Below, in pieces: positions 59,401 to 64,000 of a stretch of DNA of 64,000 bases. The stretch's first letter is position 1. The number at the start of each line of letters is the position of its first letter. The notes below the pieces were generated by a model. That model saw nothing but the letters and a program-made list of their open reading frames with translations, had not been told where the DNA came from and ran no database searches. The translations under genes were made by a program, and so were the position numbers. This stretch comes from Cyanobacteria bacterium P01_D01_bin.50 (GTDB lineage Bacteria > Cyanobacteriota > Cyanobacteriia > Cyanobacteriales > Nostocaceae). The stretch is taken from NCBI GenBank assembly GCA_039200565.1, contig JBCCSG010000001.1, positions 4,249 to 68,248 of the forward strand, read 5' to 3'.

Positions 59401-60978
59401 CTAATATTCTTTAGGCCGGCCAGAAATTTTAATCCCCTCTCGGCTAAAAGCATCCTTGAGCATCTTACGGAGAATACGCTCAATCTGGAGGTTTTTTCCT
59501 GGCTTGACTTTTGTTCTGGTCCCCAACAATAGATAATATTCTCCAAATTCCTCAATACCATCCACCAAAGTAGGTTCGAGTACCTGGGGGTAATCTGCCT
59601 TTAACTCATGCCCTATTAATTCAACAATCCTGTATACCTGGTCCAATTCAACCTCATAATCTAACCGCACTTCCACCATCGCATAAATATAATTTTTAGA
59701 ATAGTTGACAATTGAACCCATATCCCCATTTCTAATAATCTGTAGTTGCCCGTTGGGATGTCGCAGACGGGTAGTTCTGAGTTCAATTGATTCGACAAAA
59801 CCCTCAACCTCTCTCTCTTCCACATTTCCCGCTGAAACATAGTCCCCCACCAAATAATAATTTTCAAAAAGAATAAAAAAACCACTTACTATATCATTGA
59901 CTAGGTTTTGCGCTCCTAAACTAAGAGCCAGTCCGAAAATACCAGCAGTAGCTAAAATGGGGGTAGAATTGATGCCGATAGTTTCGAGAATAAAGATACC
60001 ACCAGTAAAGTAGATCATATATTTAGAGAAACTTTGTAATAGAGGAATAGTGGTTCGCCTCCTCTGCATCTCCAATTCAGTTATTTTCTGATTCTTGAGC
60101 AACAACTCCTCAATTACTAAGTCAACTAACTCAACCAAAACATGGCTGATAAAAGCAATGGCGATTAGCTGGATTATTCGTGGCCCCCAAGATGCTAAAT
60201 CAGCGATTAAATCAATCTGTTCAACAATTAACGTCGCCATAAAAGTATAAATCCCAGCTTTTACACAATGCTTGAGGAAGGGAACAACATTTCTGAGGCG
60301 ATCGTAGAAGCGGAGCAAATTATCAGGGCTGGAGTATTTGAGGCTTAAAATATCTAGACTGTCAATAATCACAGCCTGTATTTTCAAAATTAGAAACCCA
60401 ACAGCAACAATTAGATAAATATTTACTAGTATAGAAACATACCTAGTAACTGTTTCTGGTACTTGGAAAAGCTGGGTACACCATATTAAAGTAAACAGCC
60501 AGATACCAGTGGTAACAATTCTGTTAAGAGAAGTGAAGAAAGCTTCAATGCTTTCATCGTCAGCAGTGCTACGTTCCCAGTTCTTGGCACGAATACAAGT
60601 TATGATAAGTAAATTGTCGGTTAATCTTGTGAATAATGCTGCTAAAACTATAAGCCCAAAGCTTTGGAGTGTGGCAATTCCTATAGTTATCCAGAATCGT
60701 GAAGGAACGCGACGAATTAACGATAGCGTATATTGGCTTATGTTTTCACCTTTATAGAATAGAAAACCATTCACCCCCAGAATAGAGAAGCAAAGAAGCA
60801 CGCAACAAAGTAACAATACCCTTTTAATATTCCGGCGTATAGTTTGGGGACTCAAAATTTCATTTGCAATTAGGGGAATCTTCATCAACTGCTTGAATAT
60901 TTTGTTAACTAGCCAGTTGACGAGACAGAAAAATAAAATTACTAGGCTAATTTCAGCCAAGATAATAAAGATTGCCAC
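59401..60978 (-). CDS. MscS-family mechanosensitive ion channel with extended N-terminal multi-TM region
   Basis: 525 aa. The pore-helix/beta-domain signature GLALSLGAQNLVNDIVSGFFILFENYYLVGDYV follows ~8 predicted TM helices. Confidence 0.88.
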   Translation of the reverse strand: MAIFIILAEISLVILFFCLVNWLVNKIFKQLMKIPLIANEILSPQTIRRNIKRVLLLCCVLLCFSILGVNGFLFYKGENISQYTLSLIRRVPSRFWITIGIATLQSFGLIVLAALFTRLTDNLLIITCIRAKNWERSTADDESIEAFFTSLNRIVTTGIWLFTLIWCTQLFQVPETVTRYVSILVNIYLIVAVGFLILKIQAVIIDSLDILSLKYSSPDNLLRFYDRLRNVVPFLKHCVKAGIYTFMATLIVEQIDLIADLASWGPRIIQLIAIAFISHVLVELVDLVIEELLLKNQKITELEMQRRRTTIPLLQSFSKYMIYFTGGIFILETIGINSTPILATAGIFGLALSLGAQNLVNDIVSGFFILFENYYLVGDYVSAGNVEEREVEGFVESIELRTTRLRHPNGQLQIIRNGDMGSIVNYSKNYIYAMVEVRLDYEVELDQVYRIVELIGHELKADYPQVLEPTLVDGIEEFGEYYLLLGTRTKVKPGKNLQIERILRKMLKDAFSREGIKISGRPKEY

Positions 60979-61280
60979 TTGTGCTTTTTTTGGAATTAGA
61001 ATTTTTGATTCAAAAAAAGATTATAGAGGTAAATATACTGATTTTCGGTTGAGTGCAATACAAACACGGTTAAATAAAATTAAGAGTCTATGAATGATAT
61101 TTTATCGAGGCTTACCACCAAAACCTAGACTAAAAAATTATTCATGCTTTTCCTAATAGAAAAGGTATGTCTCGAAAATTAGCTAAACGCTCCGATTTCA
61201 TTATCAGGTTTTCGCAAAGTCTTCTTCGTCCTTATTTAGATACAGTAATTATCGAAAATTTACCACATAAAATTATGAAT

Positions 61281-61381
61281 ACTGGCACATTTTTTGGTAG
61301 GATGCTTTTACACTAATTTCCAACTGAACGTACTAATAAATCAATTAGAATACGGCATCATCCAAGTTTTTTGACAATAGC
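61281..61381 (+). repeat. ~100-bp dispersed repeat, copy 2 (a partial inverted third copy lies at 62024-62057)
   Basis: actggcacattttttggtaggatgcttttacact...tacggcatcatccaagttttttgacaatagc. Confidence 0.75.
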
Positions 61382-62246
61382 TTCAATCCTGATAATATTA
61401 CCCAAATTTAGAAAAAATAGTCGAAAATAATCACAAATTTTGAGAATAATCATACTTAACAATCAGTTAAAAAGTATACGAAATAGAATTATCCTAATAT
61501 TTTGAAACATTTTTTGATTATTCTTTACTATTTGCTTTAATCGTTTTTCATATTGATATCTTCAAAAAGCCAAGTTAATCAATATTAATAAAATGATTAA
61601 CATAATAAAGATAATTATGTTATTTTTCTTTAGAGAAAAGAATTGACACTCACACAATGTTATCCTAAATAAAATAAAGTAATTATCAAATACAAACTCT
61701 AGTAAACCTATGACCAAACAATTCATCAGTTACAATCTGTATTAAGTCTATATCATAGGCATTTTGAATTTCGATTTGTATCTTTTTAATTTCGCTCTGT
61801 GATACTAGTTTGATCTAATTCGTAACTAGTACGATGGCGCATTGACTAAACGGTAGATGTGAACGAGTCGCTGAGGAAAAAGTTTTCTTAGCAGAAATGG
61901 TCGCAATTATCACAATACTTTGGTTGATGCGTGATACGAAAACCTTATTACCTTAGAAATCAAGCAAAGTGTCACAGGGAATCCATTCAAAATTTTTCTT
62001 CTCAAAAATTTTAATGGGATACAGTACAGCACCCTACCAGGAAAATATACCAGTTGCGTAAGTAATACTTAGGTTGATGCAGAGCAGAGCAATTCTAAGA
62101 CGACTTAGAATTATTTGGAAAAATATAAGTAGGTAGGCACAAATAAATCTGTTTACCCCCTCTGAAATTCCCGTTTTTTACGAGCAATTTGAACGGTATA
62201 AACAAAACCTTTTTCAGTAAACGATCAATTCATAGGAGAAAAGACA

Positions 62247-64000
62247 ATGGCAACTTTTAACGACATCGATACTTTTGCGGAATTACGAGATGCCTTAACT
62301 GCCTCAAAAAACAATGGTCAAGAAGATACAATCAATATTACTGGTGATATCACTCTAACCGATGATCTACCCTTAATTAACGAAGACGCGAGCTTAACAA
62401 TTAACGGAGGTGGAAATCAAATCAGTGGAAATAATACCTTACGTCCGTTCTTTGTTAAAAGCGGTACAGTGATTTTCGATAACCTGACTGTAGCTAACGG
62501 TAAAGCTCAAGGAGAAGACGGAAGTGGTGGCGGTGCTGGTATGGGCGGCGCTTTATTTATTTACGATGGTAACGTCACCCTTCAAAATGTGAATCTGAGT
62601 AATAACCAAGCCATTGGTGGTAACGGTGGTTACGGAGACACCGGTGGTGGTCTAGGATTAGATGTTAGGAATCCTGCTAATGATGGCACTCCTGGTACTC
62701 CTGGTACTCCTGGTACTGTTGGTACTCCTACTGGTATCCCTGGCTATTACAACTACGACGGTGGTGATGGCAGCGATGGCGGCGATGGCGGCTATGGTGG
62801 CAATGGCGGTAATGGCGGTGATGGTGGTTATGGGAGCTATGTCCCCCCGGCTCCGTTGGCGTTTCGAGGCGGTGATGGCGGCTATGGTGGGGACGGTGGT
62901 TTTGGTGGTAATGGTGGTCGTGGTGGCAATGGCGGTAATGGTGGTCGTGCTGGCGATGGTGGTTATGGTGGTGGCGGCGGCTTTGGTGGTGGTGGCGGCG
63001 CTGCAGGTTATGCTGGTGGTGGTAGTTACGGCGGTAGTGGTGGTCTTGGCGGTGATGGGGGCTTTGGCGGTGGTGGCGGCTCTGGTGGTATGGGTTATGT
63101 TTCCCGCGATGGCGGTTATGGCGGCTTTGGTGGTGGAGGTGGTGCTGGCGTTGGTTTCAACTTTGGCACTGGCTACACTGGCGATGGTGGTTTTGGCGGC
63201 GGTGGTGTAAGTGCCAGTACTATCGATGGCGGCGGTGGAGCAGGCATGGGTGGTGCAATTTTCGTTCGCAGTGGTTATCTGTATTTAGATACGGTGACTT
63301 TTGAGAACAACCAAGCAACTGGTGGAATTGGTGGAGATCCAGACGAAAGCATTGATAAGGGTCAAGGATTAGGAGGAGCAATTTTTGTTCTAGACACCAC
63401 CCAAAACTCTAACGTTAATAATCAAGGAATGCCCAATACTTTACCTAATGTGAAAGCATCGAATGTCACTTTTTCGGGTAACGATGCAGCAGATGCTAGT
63501 GGTAATACTGCTTCTAATGGAGTTGGCAATAATCAAAATAATGACGATGTTTTTGGTACGATAATTGAGCAACCAATTACTGGTGATATCCCAGACCTTT
63601 CCACAGATGCTTACACTCTCTTCAACTTAGATGCAAACAATTTCATTACCGATTCAGATGGGGACCCATTAACCTATACGGTTAAGCTCACAGATGGAAC
63701 TCCTCTACCCAATTGGCTGAGTTTTGATGCTGCAACAGGAATCTTTAGTGGCTTACCCACCAGTGGCGACAATGGAGTTTTCAGCTTGGAGATCACAGCC
63801 GATAATGGCAATGGGGAAATATTCACCGATAGCTTTGACCTAACTGTAGAATTACCCCTCAACTCCACCACCAACAGTATCAACGGAAACTCTAGTGAGA
63901 ATGATTTACCAGGAACTAATGCTAACGATAACATCGATGGCAGAGGTGGGGATGACAACATCAATGGTAAAAAAGGTGATGATAACTTATTTGGTAAAGC
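62247..64000 (+). CDS. large exoprotein, 5' part (continues beyond the window): Pmp-like beta-helix repeats, PGRS-like Gly-rich region, cadherin/He_PIG-like domain, start of RTX repeats
   Basis: Not in the ORF track (open at the right edge). My translation from ATG 62247 (AGGAGA 8 nt upstream) is MATFNDIDTFAELRDALTASKNNGQEDTINITGDITL...GGAGMGGALFIYDGNVTLQNVNLSNNQA...GGDGGYGGNGGNGGDGGYG...GGAIFVRSGYLYLDTVTFENNQA...DPLTYTVKLTDGTPLPNWLSFDAATGIFSGLPT...GRGGDDNINGKKGDDNLFG. Confidence 0.85.
   Translation, partial: MATFNDIDTFAELRDALTASKNNGQEDTINITGDITLTDDLPLINEDASLTINGGGNQISGNNTLRPFFVKSGTVIFDNLTVANGKAQGEDGSGGGAGMGGALFIYDGNVTLQNVNLSNNQAIGGNGGYGDTGGGLGLDVRNPANDGTPGTPGTPGTVGTPTGIPGYYNYDGGDGSDGGDGGYGGNGGNGGDGGYGSYVPPAPLAFRGGDGGYGGDGGFGGNGGRGGNGGNGGRAGDGGYGGGGGFGGGGGAAGYAGGGSYGGSGGLGGDGGFGGGGGSGGMGYVSRDGGYGGFGGGGGAGVGFNFGTGYTGDGGFGGGGVSASTIDGGGGAGMGGAIFVRSGYLYLDTVTFENNQATGGIGGDPDESIDKGQGLGGAIFVLDTTQNSNVNNQGMPNTLPNVKASNVTFSGNDAADASGNTASNGVGNNQNNDDVFGTIIEQPITGDIPDLSTDAYTLFNLDANNFITDSDGDPLTYTVKLTDGTPLPNWLSFDAATGIFSGLPTSGDNGVFSLEITADNGNGEIFTDSFDLTVELPLNSTTNSINGNSSENDLPGTNANDNIDGRGGDDNINGKKGDDNLFGK

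Noticed and set aside
59292-59561. 89-aa minus-strand ORF ending in GERGGDGEIGRWGDGEIGRWGDRERGR
   Set aside because: Its C-terminal part is a translation of the ATCTCCCC octamer array, and its N-terminal part overlaps the 3' end of the MscS gene out of frame.
61166-61315. Unlisted 49-aa ORF (MSRKLAKRSDFIIRFSQSLLRPYLDTVIIENLPHKIMNTGTFFGRMLLH) upstream of the MscS gene
   Set aside because: It is short, and its 3' third is encoded by the ~100-bp dispersed repeat copy 2. I recognise no family. It is recorded only as a possible remnant.
62662-63210. 182-aa ORF of Met/Ala/Val/Leu repeats (MLGILLMMALLVLLVLLV...); also the minus-strand ORF at 63674-63964
   Set aside because: This is an out-of-frame reading of the Gly-rich (GGY)n region of the large exoprotein gene that starts at 62247. 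The frame with the AGGAGA-ATG start and recognisable Pmp, cadherin-like and RTX motifs is the real one. 63674-63964 is antisense to that gene.

Overview
This 64-kb chromosomal window is almost certainly from a filamentous, Nostocales-type cyanobacterium. That is an inference from gene content (petH with an N-terminal CpcD-like domain, prk, ycf46, a CurT/CAAD protein), about 17 perfect HIP1 octamers GCGATCGC by my manual count, and many 7-8 nt STRR-type tandem arrays. From 0 to 44 kb the window holds mainly conserved housekeeping genes: a truncated UvrD/PcrA-like helicase, nadB, metK, prk, petH, hom, uvrA, a class-II dnaJ, glgC and ycf46. These are interleaved with envelope and signalling genes: an SLH protein, a pentapeptide protein, an orphan HAMP histidine kinase, a PAS-GAF-PAS-GGDEF-EAL protein, an S8 peptidase with a free-standing prodomain-like ORF, and two paralogous 5x peptidoglycan-binding-domain proteins flanking an SH3 protein. 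From about 44.1 to 56.6 kb there is a mosaic accessory island. It contains an Rpn/DUF4351-type nuclease gene plus a 5'-truncated tandem copy, a MITE-like element, an AT-rich DpnII/Dam-type GATC restriction-modification pair, an SH3b-YkuD/Tlde1-like putative cell-wall enzyme and a second LRV paralogue. It also contains a co-directional LRV-solenoid / MoxR AAA+ / HExxH-VWA three-gene module, which is my top candidate for an uncharacterised system. From 56.6 to 64 kb lie a DUF4139 protein, a chimeric secreted-protein remnant, an MscS-family channel and the 5' part of a large Pmp-like / Gly-rich / cadherin-like / RTX exoprotein. The non-coding DNA is unusually structured. There is a family of ~58-nt palindromic insertions inside an 18-nt host motif with an 8-bp duplication signature, and unoccupied host motifs are also present. 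There are compound octamer/heptamer arrays, two of them inverted 2.9 kb apart, and a ~100-bp dispersed repeat flanking the MscS gene. I recognised no rRNA, tRNA or CRISPR array. No similarity search was possible, so all family calls rest on motifs I recognise in the translations.
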